A program made the translations under genes and the position numbers. From a virus (Duplodnaviria; Heunggongvirae; Uroviricota; Caudoviricetes): a DNA stretch of 45,899 nucleotides. The notes under the pieces are model-generated. The model saw only the letters and a list, made by a program, of their open reading frames with translations. It did not search any database and had not been told where the DNA came from. The first letter of the stretch is position 1. Every line of letters starts with the position of its first letter. Where the stretch lies: the IMG/VR virus record IMGVR_UViG_2711768067_000020, one strand, 5' to 3'. This document shows positions 28,552-39,209 of the stretch, in pieces.

Positions 28552-31111
28552 TCTTGTTATTGACCTGAGTCTGGATGCGGTCCGTTTCGATGAGCAGATG
28601 AGCCGGGTAAGGCGTCATTTTTCCGGACTGGAGACTGACGCCAGAAAAACCGCCGGTGTTGTTGAGCAGAACCTGAGTCGTCAGGCGCTGGCTGCACAAA
28701 AAGCCGGGATTTCCGTCGGGCAGTATAAAGCGGCCATGCGAACCCTGCCCGCACAGTTTACGGATATCGCCACGCAGCTTGCCGGTGGTCAGAATCCCTG
28801 GCTGATCCTGCTGCAACAGGGCGGTCAGGTGAAGGACTCCTTCGGCGGGATGATCCCCATGTTCAGGGGACTTGCCGGTGCGATCACCCTGCCGATGGTC
28901 GGGGTCACCTCGCTGGCGGTGGCGACAGGTGCGCTGGCGTACGCCTGGTACCAGGGGGATTCCACGCTTTCAGCGTTTAATAAAACCCTGGTTCTTTCCG
29001 GTAATCAGTCCGGACTGACTGCCGATCGTATGCTGACTCTCTCAAGAGCCGGGCAGGCAGCAGGGCTGACGTTTAACCAGGCGAGAGAGTCACTGGCAGC
29101 CCTGGTGAATGCCGGTGTGCGTGGTGGTGAACAGTTTGATGCCATCAACCAGAGTGTCGCGCGTTTTGCGTCTGCATCCGGTGTGGAGGTGGATAAAGTC
29201 GCTGAAGCCTTCGGGAAGCTGACCACTGACCCGACGTCGGGACTGATGGCGATGGCGCGCCAGTTCCGTAACGTGACGGCAGAGCAGATTGCGTATGTTG
29301 CACAGCTGCAGCGTTCCGGTGATGAGGCCGGGGCCTTACAGGCGGCGAACGATATCGCCACGAAAGGCTTTGATGAGCAGACCCGTCGCCTGAAAGAAAA
29401 CATGGGGACACTGGAGACCTGGGCGGATAAAACAGGGAAGGCATTCAAATCGATGTGGGATGCCATTCTGGATATCGGTCGTCCTGAGTCCTCAGCGGAT
29501 ATGCTCGCCAGTGCACAGAAGGCATTTGATGAGGCGGATAAAAAATGGCAGTGGTACCAGAGCCGGAGCCAGCGCCGGGGAAAAACCGCCTCTTTTCGTG
29601 CGAACCTTCAGGGTGCATGGGATGACCGGGAAAATGCCCGTCTGGGGCTGGCAGCGGCCACGCTGCAGTCGGATATGGAAAAAGCCGGTGAACTGGCCGC
29701 CAGGGACCGGGCCGAACGGGACGCATCACAGCTGAAGTATACCGGAGAGGCGCAGAAGGCGTATGAGCGTCTGCTGACGCCGCTGGAGAAATATACCGCC
29801 CGTCAGGAAGAACTGAATAAGGCCCTGAAAGACGGGAAAATCCTGCAGGCGGATTACAACACGCTGATGGCGGCGGCGAAAAAGGATTATGAATCGACGC
29901 TGAAAAAGCCGAAGTCGTCAGGAGTCAAAGTGTCAGCCGGTGAGCGTCAGGAAGACCAGGCGCATGCTGCCCTGCTGGCGCTTGAAACCGAGCTCCGGAC
30001 GCTGGAAAAACTCAGCGGTGCGAATGAGAAAATCAGCCAGCAGCGTCGCGATTTATGGAAAGCGGAAAATCAGTATGCGGTCCTGAAAGAGGCAGCCACG
30101 AAACGGCAGTTATCTGAGCAGGAAAAATCCCTGCTGACCCATGAGAAAGAGACGCTGGAGTACAAACGCCAGCTGGCTGAGCTGGGAGACAAAGTTGAAC
30201 ACCAGAAACGGCTGAATGAGCTGGCACAGCAGGCTGCGCGGTTTGAGCAGCAGCAGAGCGCGAAGCAGGCGGCAATCAGTGCCCAGGCGCGGGGCCTCAC
30301 CGACCGTCAGGCGCAGCGGGAGTCGGAAGAGCAGCGCCTTCGTGACGTGTACGGTGATAATCCGGATGCGCTGGCGAAGGCCACATCTGCACTGAAGAAC
30401 ACCTGGTCTGCGGAGGAGCAGCTTCGTGGAAGCTGGATGGCCGGTCTGAAGTCCGGCTGGGGCGAGTGGGCGGAAAGTGCGACGGACAGTTTTTCGCAGG
30501 TTAAAAGCGTGGCCACGCAGACCTTTGACGGTATTGCACAGAATATGGCAGCGATGCTGACCGGCAGCGAACAGAACTGGCGTGGTTTCACCCGTTCTGT
30601 GCTCTCCATGCTGACAGAGATTTTTCTGAAGCAGGCGATGGTGGGGATAGTCGGGAGTATCGGCAGCGCCATTGGCGGTGCTTTCGGTGGTGGTGCGTCT
30701 GCCTCCACGGGGACGGCCATTCAGGCTGCGGCGGCGAACTTCCATTTCGCGACCGGGGGATTTACGGGGACGGGGGGTAAATATGAACCTGCGGGGATTG
30801 TTCATCGCGGGGAGTTTGTCTTCACGAAGGAGGCAACCAGCCGGATTGGCGTCGGCAACCTGTACCGCCTGATGCGGGGCTATGCGGAAGGTGGTTATGT
30901 GGGCGGTGCCGGAAGTCCGGCGCAGATGCGGCGGACGGAAGGCATTAATTTTAATCAGAACAATCACGTGGTGATTCAGAACGACGGCACCAACGGACGG
31001 GCGGGGCCGCAGCTGATGAAGGCGGTGTATGACATGGCCCGCAAGGGGGCGCAGGATGAGATTCAGGCGCAGATGCGTGATGGCGGCGTATTTTCCGGAG
31101 GCAGGCGATGA
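28532..31111 (+). CDS. H: Tail tape measure protein H
   Basis: 859 aa, long coiled-coil, C-terminal Gly-rich segment. Confidence 0.9.
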   Translation: MSQPVGDLVIDLSLDAVRFDEQMSRVRRHFSGLETDARKTAGVVEQNLSRQALAAQKAGISVGQYKAAMRTLPAQFTDIATQLAGGQNPWLILLQQGGQVKDSFGGMIPMFRGLAGAITLPMVGVTSLAVATGALAYAWYQGDSTLSAFNKTLVLSGNQSGLTADRMLTLSRAGQAAGLTFNQARESLAALVNAGVRGGEQFDAINQSVARFASASGVEVDKVAEAFGKLTTDPTSGLMAMARQFRNVTAEQIAYVAQLQRSGDEAGALQAANDIATKGFDEQTRRLKENMGTLETWADKTGKAFKSMWDAILDIGRPESSADMLASAQKAFDEADKKWQWYQSRSQRRGKTASFRANLQGAWDDRENARLGLAAATLQSDMEKAGELAARDRAERDASQLKYTGEAQKAYERLLTPLEKYTARQEELNKALKDGKILQADYNTLMAAAKKDYESTLKKPKSSGVKVSAGERQEDQAHAALLALETELRTLEKLSGANEKISQQRRDLWKAENQYAVLKEAATKRQLSEQEKSLLTHEKETLEYKRQLAELGDKVEHQKRLNELAQQAARFEQQQSAKQAAISAQARGLTDRQAQRESEEQRLRDVYGDNPDALAKATSALKNTWSAEEQLRGSWMAGLKSGWGEWAESATDSFSQVKSVATQTFDGIAQNMAAMLTGSEQNWRGFTRSVLSMLTEIFLKQAMVGIVGSIGSAIGGAFGGGASASTGTAIQAAAANFHFATGGFTGTGGKYEPAGIVHRGEFVFTKEATSRIGVGNLYRLMRGYAEGGYVGGAGSPAQMRRTEGINFNQNNHVVIQNDGTNGRAGPQLMKAVYDMARKGAQDEIQAQMRDGGVFSGGRR

Positions 31112-31437
31112 AAACATTTCGCTGGAAAGTGAAGCCGGATATGGAGGTGAACTCGCAGCCATCGGTGCGTGAAGTGCGTTTTGGTGACGGGTATTCGCAG
31201 CGTATGGCGGCGGGGCTGAATGCTGACCTGAAAACATACCGTGTGACGCTTTCCGTGACCCGGGAGGAGGCCCGACATCTGGAGGCATTCCTGGCAGAGC
31301 ACGGTGGCTGGAAGGCGTTTCTGTGGACACCGCCTTATGCCTGGCGGCAGATAAAGGTGACCTGTGCCGCCTGGTCATCACGGGTTCGCATGCTGCGGGT
31401 TGAATTCAGCGCGGAGTTTAAGCAGGTGGTGAACTGA
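31108..31437 (+). CDS. M: Minor tail protein M
   Basis: 109 aa at the lambda M position. Confidence 0.85.
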   Translation: MKTFRWKVKPDMEVNSQPSVREVRFGDGYSQRMAAGLNADLKTYRVTLSVTREEARHLEAFLAEHGGWKAFLWTPPYAWRQIKVTCAAWSSRVRMLRVEFSAEFKQVVN

Positions 31438-32135
31438 TGCAGGATATTCACGAAGAAAGTCTGAACGAGTCGGTTAAATCAGAGCAGTCACCGCGGGTGG
31501 TACTCTGGGAAATCGACCTGACGGTACAGGGTGGTGAGCGGTATTTTTTCTGCAATGAGCTGAATGAAAAAGGGGAGGCGGTTACCTGGCAGGGGCGGCA
31601 ATATCAGGCATACCCGATTGACGGCAGCGGTTTTGAGATGAACGGGAAGGGCAGCAGTGCCCGCCCGTCACTGACGGTGTCCAATCTGTTCGGTCTGGTC
31701 ACCGGAATGGCGGAGGACCTGCAGAGCCTGGTGGGGGCCACGGTGGTCCGCCGCCGGGTGTATGCCCGTTTTCTGGATGCGGTGAATTTTGTGGCGGGCA
31801 ATCCGGAAGCGGACCCGGAGCAGGAGCTGAGCGACCGCTGGGTGGTGGAGCAGATGTCAGAGCTGACGGCCATGACAGCCTCGTTTGTGCTGGCAACACC
31901 GACGGAGACGGACGGAGCGCTGTTTCCCGGTCGCATCATGCTGGCGAACACCTGTATGTGGGATTACCGGGGAGATGAATGCGGGTATAACGGTCCTGCG
32001 GTGGCGGATGAGTTCGATAAACCCACCACCGATATCCGTAAGGACAGATGCAGCAAGTGCATGCGCGGGTGTGAGATGCGCGGCATGGTGGCTAATTTTG
32101 GCGGTTTCCTTTCCATTAACAAACTTTCGCAGTAA
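31437..32135 (+). CDS. L: Minor tail protein L
   Basis: 232 aa, Cys cluster near C-terminus. Confidence 0.85.
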   Translation: MQDIHEESLNESVKSEQSPRVVLWEIDLTVQGGERYFFCNELNEKGEAVTWQGRQYQAYPIDGSGFEMNGKGSSARPSLTVSNLFGLVTGMAEDLQSLVGATVVRRRVYARFLDAVNFVAGNPEADPEQELSDRWVVEQMSELTAMTASFVLATPTETDGALFPGRIMLANTCMWDYRGDECGYNGPAVADEFDKPTTDIRKDRCSKCMRGCEMRGMVANFGGFLSINKLSQ

Positions 32136-32140
32136 ATCCA

Positions 32141-32884
32141 ATGACACAGACAGAATCAGCGATTCTGGCGCATGCCCGGCGGTGTGTGCCTGCGGAGTCG
32201 TGCGGCTTCGTGGTGAGAACGCCGGAGGGGGAGCGGTATATCCCTTGTGTGAATATCTCTGCAGAGCCGGAGGCGTATTTTCGTATTGCACCGGAAGACT
32301 GGCTGCGGGCAGAGATGCAGGGGGAGATTGTGGCACTGGTCCACAGTCATCCCGGTGGTCTGCCTTGGCTGAGCGAGGCTGACCGGCGGCTGCAGATAAA
32401 AAGCGCACTGCCCTGGTGGCTGGTCTGCCGGGGTGACATTCACAAATTCCGCTGCGTGCCGCACCTGACGGGACGGCGCTTTGAGCACGGGGTGACGGAC
32501 TGTTACACGCTGTTCCGGGATGCCTACCATCTGGCGGGAATTGATATGCCGGGTTTTGAGCGTGAGGATGACTGGTGGCGCAACGGTCAGAACCTTTACC
32601 TGGACAATATGGCGGTCACCGGCTTTTACCGGGTGCCCCTGTCCTCTGCACAGGCGGGCGATATCCTGCTGTGCTGCTTTGGCGCATCGGTGGCCAATCA
32701 TGCCGCCATTTACTGCGGCAACGGTGAACTGCTTCACCATCTGCCTGAACAACTGAGTAAACGGGAGAGGTATTCCGAAAAATGGCAACGACGAACGCAT
32801 TCTGTCTGGCGTCACCGCCACTGGCACGCATCTGCCTTCACGGGGATTTGCAACGATTTGGCCGCCGCCTCAGCCTGTATGTGA
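32141..32884 (+). CDS. K: Tail tip assembly protein K (MPN/JAB plus NlpC/P60-like)
   Basis: HSHPGG JAMM-like motif and downstream Cys/His motif; 3' end overlaps I. Confidence 0.85.
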   Translation: MTQTESAILAHARRCVPAESCGFVVRTPEGERYIPCVNISAEPEAYFRIAPEDWLRAEMQGEIVALVHSHPGGLPWLSEADRRLQIKSALPWWLVCRGDIHKFRCVPHLTGRRFEHGVTDCYTLFRDAYHLAGIDMPGFEREDDWWRNGQNLYLDNMAVTGFYRVPLSSAQAGDILLCCFGASVANHAAIYCGNGELLHHLPEQLSKRERYSEKWQRRTHSVWRHRHWHASAFTGICNDLAAASACM

Positions 32885-33462
32885 ACACGGCAGCGGAAGC
32901 CATCCGTGCCCTGTCGATGCAGATGCCGGGATTCCGCCGTCAGATGAACGAAGGCTGGTACCAGATACGTATTCGCGGTGAGGACACGGCACCGGAGGCG
33001 GTGTACGCCCGTCTTCACGAACCTCTGGGTGAGGGAACGGTCATCCATATTGTGCCGCGACTGGCCGGTGCAGGGAAAGGCGGACTGCAGATTGTGCTGG
33101 GGGCGGCAGCCATCGTGGGCTCTTTCTTCACGGCCGGAGGCTCGATGGCGTTATGGGGTTCAGCCCTGGCAGCCGGTGGTTTTTCTGCCACCACGATGCT
33201 GTTTTCACTGGGTGCCAGCATGATACTGGGCGGTGTGGCTCAGATGCTGGCCCCGAAGGCAAAGACGCCGGAGTACAAAAGTACGGATAACGGTAAACAG
33301 AACACGTATTTTTCGTCACTGGACAACATGATTGCCCAGGGGAACCCGATGCCGGTGCCTTACGGTGAAATGCTGGTTGGCTCCCGGCGAATCTCCCAGG
33401 ACATCAGCACCCGTGATGAAGGTGGTGGCGGGAAGGTGGTGGTTATCGGGCGGCAGGGGTAA
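32782..33462 (+). CDS. I: Tail assembly protein I
   Basis: Aligns with lambda gpI (ARICLHGDLQRFGRR, QNTYFSSLDNMIAQGN). Confidence 0.85.
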   Translation: MATTNAFCLASPPLARICLHGDLQRFGRRLSLYVNTAAEAIRALSMQMPGFRRQMNEGWYQIRIRGEDTAPEAVYARLHEPLGEGTVIHIVPRLAGAGKGGLQIVLGAAAIVGSFFTAGGSMALWGSALAAGGFSATTMLFSLGASMILGGVAQMLAPKAKTPEYKSTDNGKQNTYFSSLDNMIAQGNPMPVPYGEMLVGSRRISQDISTRDEGGGGKVVVIGRQG

Positions 33463-33708
33463 AGCATAAAAAAATCCCGCAGTGTATGGAGGCTGCGGGA
33501 ACAGAAAATGAAGATTAACCACAGGGAGTTTTGTTTTTATTGGCCCGAAAAAACTGTAACGCCCGGGAATGATATCTGCCACGGGGGCGTACAGAAAATG
33601 TGAAGAAATTCAGAAATTTTATTCCGTCATGACACAGGCACCCTCCGGGGTGCCTGTCGTTTTTGGGGCATAAACAGATTCAGACATCAGACAGGAGAGG
33701 GGGACAGA

Positions 33709-36700
33709 GTGGGTAAAGGTGGCGGCAAGGCGCACACGCCGGTTGAGGCAAAGGACAATCTTAAGTCCACGCAGATGATGAGCGTGATTGATGCCATTGG
33801 TGAAGGGCCGATTGAAGGTCCGGTGAAGGGGCTGCAGAGTATCCTGGTGAACAAAACCCCGCTGACGGACACGGACGGTAATCCTGTGATACATGGTGTG
33901 ACAGCGGTCTGGCGCGCCGGGGAGCAGGAGCAGACACCACCTGAAGGCTTTGAGTCCTCCGGGGCGGAAACCGCACTGGGCGTGGAAGTGACGAAAGCAA
34001 AGCCGGTGACGCGCACCATTACGTCCGCGAACATTGACCGCCTGCGGGTCACCTTCGGGGTGCAGTCACTGTTGGAGACCACCTCAAAGGGCGACCGTAA
34101 TCCCTCTTCTGTCCGACTGCTGATTCAGTTGCAGCGTAACGGTAACTGGGTGACGGAAAAGGATGTCACCATTAACGGCAAGACCACCTCGCAGTTTCTG
34201 GCGTCGGTGATTCTGGATAATCTGCCTGAGCGGCCCTTTAACATCCGGATGGTCCGGGAGACAGCGGACAGCACCTCGGACCAGCTGCAGAATAAGACGC
34301 TCTGGTCGTCATACACCGAAATCATCGATGTGAAACAGTGCTACCCGAACACGGCGATTGTGGGGCTGCAGGTGGATGCGGAGCAGTTTGGCGGTCAGCA
34401 GATGACGGTGAACTACCATATCCGAGGTCGCATCATCCAGGTGCCGTCAAACTATGACCCGGAAAAACGCACGTACAGCGGCATCTGGGACGGCAGCCTG
34501 AAACCGGCATACAGCAATAACCCGGCCTGGTGCCTGTGGGACATGCTGACTCACCCGCGCTACGGCATGGGAAAACGCCTGGGGGCGGCGGATGTGGACA
34601 AGTGGGCGCTGTATGCCATTGCGCAGTACTGCGACCAGACGGTCCCGGATGGTTTCGGGGGCACAGAGCCGCGGATGACCTTTAATGCGTACCTGTCACA
34701 ACAGCGTAAGGCGTGGGACGTTCTCAGTGATTTCTGCTCGGCGATGCGCTGTATGCCGGTATGGAACGGCCAGACGCTGACGTTCGTTCAGGACCGCCCG
34801 TCGGATGTGGTGTGGCCGTACACCAACTGCGATGTGGTGGTGGATGATAACGGCGTGGGGTTTCGCTACAGCTTCAGCGCCCTGAAGGACCGCCACACGG
34901 CGGTGGAGGTGAATTACACCGACCCGCAGAACGGCTGGCAGACCTCCACGGAACTGGTGGAAGACCCGGAAGCCATACTGCGCTACGGGCGCAACCTGCT
35001 GAAGATGGATGCGTTCGGCTGCACCAGTCGCGGTCAGGCCCACCGTGCCGGGCTGTGGGTGATAAAGACCGGACTGCTGGAAACGCAGACGGTGGATTTC
35101 ACGCTCGGGTCACAGGGGCTACGTCACACACCCGGTGACATTATTGAAATCTGTGATAACGACTATGCCGGGACCATGACCGGCGGACGTATCCTGTCCA
35201 TCGATGCCGCCAGCCGCACCCTGACACTGGACCGTGAGGTGACCCTGCCGGAGACAGGTGCCGCCACGGTGAACCTGATTAACGGCAGCGGTAAGCCGGT
35301 GAGCGTGGCCATCACTGCACACCCCGCGCCGGACCGGATACAGGTCAGCACCCTGCCTGATGGTGTGGAGACATACGGTGTATGGGGACTCTCCCTGCCG
35401 TCACTGCGTCGTCGCCTGTTCCGCTGTGTCTCCATCCGGGAAAACACGGACGGCACCTTTGCCATCACGGCGGTGCAGCACGTACCGGAAAAAGAAGCCA
35501 TCGTGGATAACGGGGCCAGCTTTGAGCCGCAGTCAGGCACCCTGAACAGCGTTATTCCACCGGCAGTGCAGCACCTGACGGTGGAGGTGAGCGCGGCTGA
35601 CGGTCAGTATCTGGCACAGGCGAAATGGGACACGCCGCGGGTGGTGAAGGGCGTGCGCTTCAGTCTGCGCCTGACCAGTGGAAGCGGTCAGGACAGCCGT
35701 CTGGTGACCACCGCCATCACTGCGGATACAGAGCATCGTTTCAGTGGTCTGCCGCTCGGGGAATACACCCTGACAGTCAGGGCAATTAACAGTTATGGCC
35801 AGCAGGGGGAACCGGCCACCACCACGTTCAGGATTAATGCACCTGCGGTACCCGCCACGATTGAGCTGACACCGGGCTATTTTCAGATAACAGCGGTCCC
35901 GCGTCTTGCGGTGTATGACCCGACGGTACAGTTTGAGTTCTGGTTTTCGGAAAAACGCATCACGAACACGGCACAGGTGGAAAAATCTGCCCGTTATCTG
36001 GGGAGCGGCAGTCAGTGGACTGTCCAGGGAAGCCGGATTAAGCCGGGGACGGATTTCTGGTTTTACGTGCGCAGCGTCAACCTGGTGGGGAAATCTGCGT
36101 TTGTGGAAGTCAGCGGGCAGCCCAGCAATGATGGTGAAGGGTATCTGGAATTTTTCCGGGAAAAAATAGGAAAACTGCATCTGGCTCAGGGGTTGTGGGA
36201 ACTGATAGATAACAGCCAGCTTGCAGATGAGATGGCGGAGATGAAGACCACCATCACCGAAACCCGCAATGAAATCACACAGACGGTCAGTAAAACACTG
36301 GAGAACCAGAGCGCCACCATACAGCAGATACAGCGCGTGCAGAAGGACACAAATGATGACCTGGCTGCGCTGTACATGCTGAAGGTTCAAAAAACGAAAG
36401 ACGGCATTCCCTATGTGGCCGGGATTGGTGCAGGGATTGAGGATACTGATGGCCAGCCACTGAGCAACATACTGCTGCTGGCTGACCGTATCGCGATGAT
36501 AAATCCGGAGAGCGGCAACAGCACTCCGTTATTTGTGGCGCAGGGGAATCAGCTGTTCATGAACGACGTGTTCCTGAAACGACTGTTTGCGGTGAGCATC
36601 ACCTCGTCCGGCAATCCCCCAGCATTTTCCCTGACGCCGGAAGGAAAGCTGACGGCAAGGAACGCGGATATCAGCGGAGCAATTACCGCGAATACCGGCA

Positions 36701-37185
36701 CGCTCAATAATGTCACCATTAACGAGAACTGTGTCATCAGAGGGAAACTGTCTGCAAACCAGATTGAAGGCGACCTGGTGAAGACGGTGGGGAAAGCCTT
36801 TCCCCGGAATAACAGTTATGCCAGCGGGACGGTAACCGTCACAGTTTACGATGACCAGGGCTTCGACCGGCAGATTATCATTCCCCCGGTGCTGTTTCGC
36901 GGGACGAAACACCAGAATTTCAACAGCCCGAATCAGCAGTCGTACTGGTATTCCACCTGTAAGCTGCAGGTGCTGAAGAACGGGGTTGAGATTTTCCATG
37001 AACCGGCAACGGATGTCAGCCGGGTGTTCTCATCGGTGATAGATATGCCGGCAGGGCGGGGTCATGTCACCCTGACGTTTAATGTGTCGTCGGCCGGTGC
37101 GAACAACTGGACGCCGACAACGTACATCAGTGATTTACTGGTTGTGGTCATGAAAAAATCCACGGCAGGGATCAGTATCAGCTGA
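33709..37185 (+). CDS. J: Central tail fibre / host specificity protein J
   Basis: 1158 aa, GTG start; collinear with lambda gpJ through the C-terminal receptor-binding region. Confidence 0.95.
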   Translation: MGKGGGKAHTPVEAKDNLKSTQMMSVIDAIGEGPIEGPVKGLQSILVNKTPLTDTDGNPVIHGVTAVWRAGEQEQTPPEGFESSGAETALGVEVTKAKPVTRTITSANIDRLRVTFGVQSLLETTSKGDRNPSSVRLLIQLQRNGNWVTEKDVTINGKTTSQFLASVILDNLPERPFNIRMVRETADSTSDQLQNKTLWSSYTEIIDVKQCYPNTAIVGLQVDAEQFGGQQMTVNYHIRGRIIQVPSNYDPEKRTYSGIWDGSLKPAYSNNPAWCLWDMLTHPRYGMGKRLGAADVDKWALYAIAQYCDQTVPDGFGGTEPRMTFNAYLSQQRKAWDVLSDFCSAMRCMPVWNGQTLTFVQDRPSDVVWPYTNCDVVVDDNGVGFRYSFSALKDRHTAVEVNYTDPQNGWQTSTELVEDPEAILRYGRNLLKMDAFGCTSRGQAHRAGLWVIKTGLLETQTVDFTLGSQGLRHTPGDIIEICDNDYAGTMTGGRILSIDAASRTLTLDREVTLPETGAATVNLINGSGKPVSVAITAHPAPDRIQVSTLPDGVETYGVWGLSLPSLRRRLFRCVSIRENTDGTFAITAVQHVPEKEAIVDNGASFEPQSGTLNSVIPPAVQHLTVEVSAADGQYLAQAKWDTPRVVKGVRFSLRLTSGSGQDSRLVTTAITADTEHRFSGLPLGEYTLTVRAINSYGQQGEPATTTFRINAPAVPATIELTPGYFQITAVPRLAVYDPTVQFEFWFSEKRITNTAQVEKSARYLGSGSQWTVQGSRIKPGTDFWFYVRSVNLVGKSAFVEVSGQPSNDGEGYLEFFREKIGKLHLAQGLWELIDNSQLADEMAEMKTTITETRNEITQTVSKTLENQSATIQQIQRVQKDTNDDLAALYMLKVQKTKDGIPYVAGIGAGIEDTDGQPLSNILLLADRIAMINPESGNSTPLFVAQGNQLFMNDVFLKRLFAVSITSSGNPPAFSLTPEGKLTARNADISGAITANTGTLNNVTINENCVIRGKLSANQIEGDLVKTVGKAFPRNNSYASGTVTVTVYDDQGFDRQIIIPPVLFRGTKHQNFNSPNQQSYWYSTCKLQVLKNGVEIFHEPATDVSRVFSSVIDMPAGRGHVTLTFNVSSAGANNWTPTTYISDLLVVVMKKSTAGISIS

Positions 37186-37253
37186 CGGTTTATTAACCCG
37201 GACGGGCACCTCAGGAGGTGCCTTTTTTATTGACTGAAAACAAAGAGGTAATC

Positions 37254-37877
37254 ATGCGGCATTTATACGCAACGATATTATTGTTTACTACCCTGCTGGC
37301 AGGAATTGCCTTTCCTGCACAGGCTGAAAGCGGACACGGTGCATTTTCTGTGGGGTACACACAGGTGCACCCGGACGGTACGCCGGGGCTTTCCGGTACC
37401 GGCATCAGGGCCGGCGATCTGAAAGGGATTAATGTGAAATACCGTTATGAGTTCACGGATCACCTGGGCGGCATTGTCGCGCTGAGTTATGCATCGGTGA
37501 AGAAAAGTGACACGATGAAGACGGGTGAAAATACCTTCCATTATGAAAGCCTGCGCGGTCGTTATGTCAGTCTGATGGCCGGCCCTGTCTGGCAGCTCAG
37601 TGAGCGGGTCAGTCTCTATGGCATGGCCGGGATGGCGTACACCCGCTGGTCTGACAGTGTTCAGGATTACCGACGTGATGAAGTGAAACCGGGGTATGTG
37701 AAGGAGACCACCACCGCCAGTGATGGTCATACTGCGCGTCATCTGTCGCCGGCCTGGAATGCCGGGATTCAGTTCAGTCCCGTAGAGACGGTGGTTATTG
37801 ACCTTGCTTATGAAGGTTCCGGCAGTGGCGACTGGCGCACTGACGGCTTCATCGTGGGTGTCGGCTATAAATTCTGA
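37254..37877 (+). CDS. lom: Lom (Ail/Lom-family outer-membrane beta-barrel protein)
   Basis: Signal peptide MRHLYATILLFTTLLAGIAFPAQA; C-terminus AYEGSGSGDWRTDGFIVGVGYKF identical in pattern to lambda Lom. Confidence 0.9.
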   Translation: MRHLYATILLFTTLLAGIAFPAQAESGHGAFSVGYTQVHPDGTPGLSGTGIRAGDLKGINVKYRYEFTDHLGGIVALSYASVKKSDTMKTGENTFHYESLRGRYVSLMAGPVWQLSERVSLYGMAGMAYTRWSDSVQDYRRDEVKPGYVKETTTASDGHTARHLSPAWNAGIQFSPVETVVIDLAYEGSGSGDWRTDGFIVGVGYKF

Positions 37878-37941
37878 TTAGCCAGGTAACACAGTGTTAT
37901 GACAGCCCGCCGGTTCAGGCGGGCTTTTTTGTGGGGTGAAT

Positions 37942-38871
37942 ATGGCAGTAAAGATTTCAGGTGTGCTGAAAGACGGCACAGGAAAACCAATACAGAACTG
38001 CACCATTCAACTGAAAGCCAGACGTAACAGCACCACGGTGGTGGTGAACACGGTGGCCTCTGAAAATCCGGATGAGGCAGGGCGTTACAGCATGGACGTC
38101 GAGTATGGTCAGTACAGCGTCACTCTGTTGGTGGAGGGATTCCCTCCATCACATGCCGGGACCATCACCGTGTATGAAGATTCTCAACCGGGGACGCTGA
38201 ATGATTTTCTCGGTGCCATGTCGGAGGATGACGTCCGGCCGGAGGCAATGCGTCGTTTTGAACTGATGGTGGAAGAAGCGGCGCGTCACGCAGAGGAGGC
38301 GAAGAAGAATGCCGGAGAGGCGGAGACATCAGCGAGGAATGCCGGCATATCAGCCAGTCAGGCAGAAGAGAGCGCTGCAAATGCTGACACTTCAGCAGGG
38401 GAGGCATCGGAGTCAGCCCGGCAGGCGGCAGAAAGTGCAGCCGCTGCAAAGCAGTCAGAGGAGGCGTCCTCGTCCTCGGCCTCTGCGGCCGCTCAAAAAG
38501 CCAGTGAGTCATCACAAAGTGCAGCAGATGCTGAATTGTCAAGAAAGACGGCAGAAAGTGCAGCCGGTAATGCAGCCAGGGATGCAACGACCGCAACAGA
38601 AAAAGCCCGGGAGTCAGCAGAAAGCGCACAGTCAGCGGAACAAAGCAGGATAGCGGCGGAAGAGGCCGTAAACCGAATCCCCACCGTGGTGGGACCTCCC
38701 GGGCCAAAGGGGGAACAGGGGCCCGCGGGTCCTCAGGGGCCGAAGGGTGATAAGGGAGAGCGCGGTGACACCGGCCCTGTCGGGGCAACCGGCGAACGGG
38801 GACCGGCAGGTGATGCTGGTCCGGCAGGCCCGCAGGGGCCGAAAGGAGGGGCCGTCTGTGCGCGTGAATGA
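37942..38871 (+). pseudogene. stf: Side tail fibre Stf copy 1, truncated within the collagen-like repeats
   Basis: [17 protein letters not shown]-terminus as lambda Stf; about 906 bp near-identical to stf copy 2, then diverges at about 38848 into an 8-codon tail and stop. Confidence 0.7.
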
Positions 38872-39145
38872 ATTGTTCAGCGCGTATGCGATGGCGGGTG
38901 TGTCTTACAGCCGTGTGTCGACTTTCTCCGGAGATTATCTGCAGGTGACCGACAACAAGGGGAAAACGCATGATGTGCTGACCGGAAGTGATGACGGTCG
39001 CCACAGCAACACGTCTCTGGCGTGGGGAGCTGGCGTGCAGTTTAACCCGACCGAATCCGTGGCCATTGATATTGCTTATGAAGGCTCCGGCAGTGGCGAC
39101 TGGCGCACTGACGGTTTCATCGTGGGTGTCGGTTATAAGTTCTGA
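38848..39145 (+). pseudogene. 3' fragment of a second, divergent lom/ail allele
   Basis: Encodes ...AMAGVSYSRVSTFSGDYLQVTDNKGKTHDVLTGSDDGRHSNTSLAWGAGVQFNPTESVAIDIAYEGSGSGDWRTDGFIVGVGYKF; no N-terminal half or signal peptide; followed by the same intergenic sequence that follows lom. Confidence 0.7.
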
Positions 39146-39209
39146 TTAGCCAGGTAACACAGTGTTATGACAGCCCGCCGGTTCAGGCGGGCTTTTTTGT
39201 GGGGTGAAT

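Noticed and set aside
30110-31381. 423-aa - strand ORF
   Set aside because: Antisense to the tape measure gene; composition artefact
35533-36390. 285-aa - strand ORF
   Set aside because: Antisense within J
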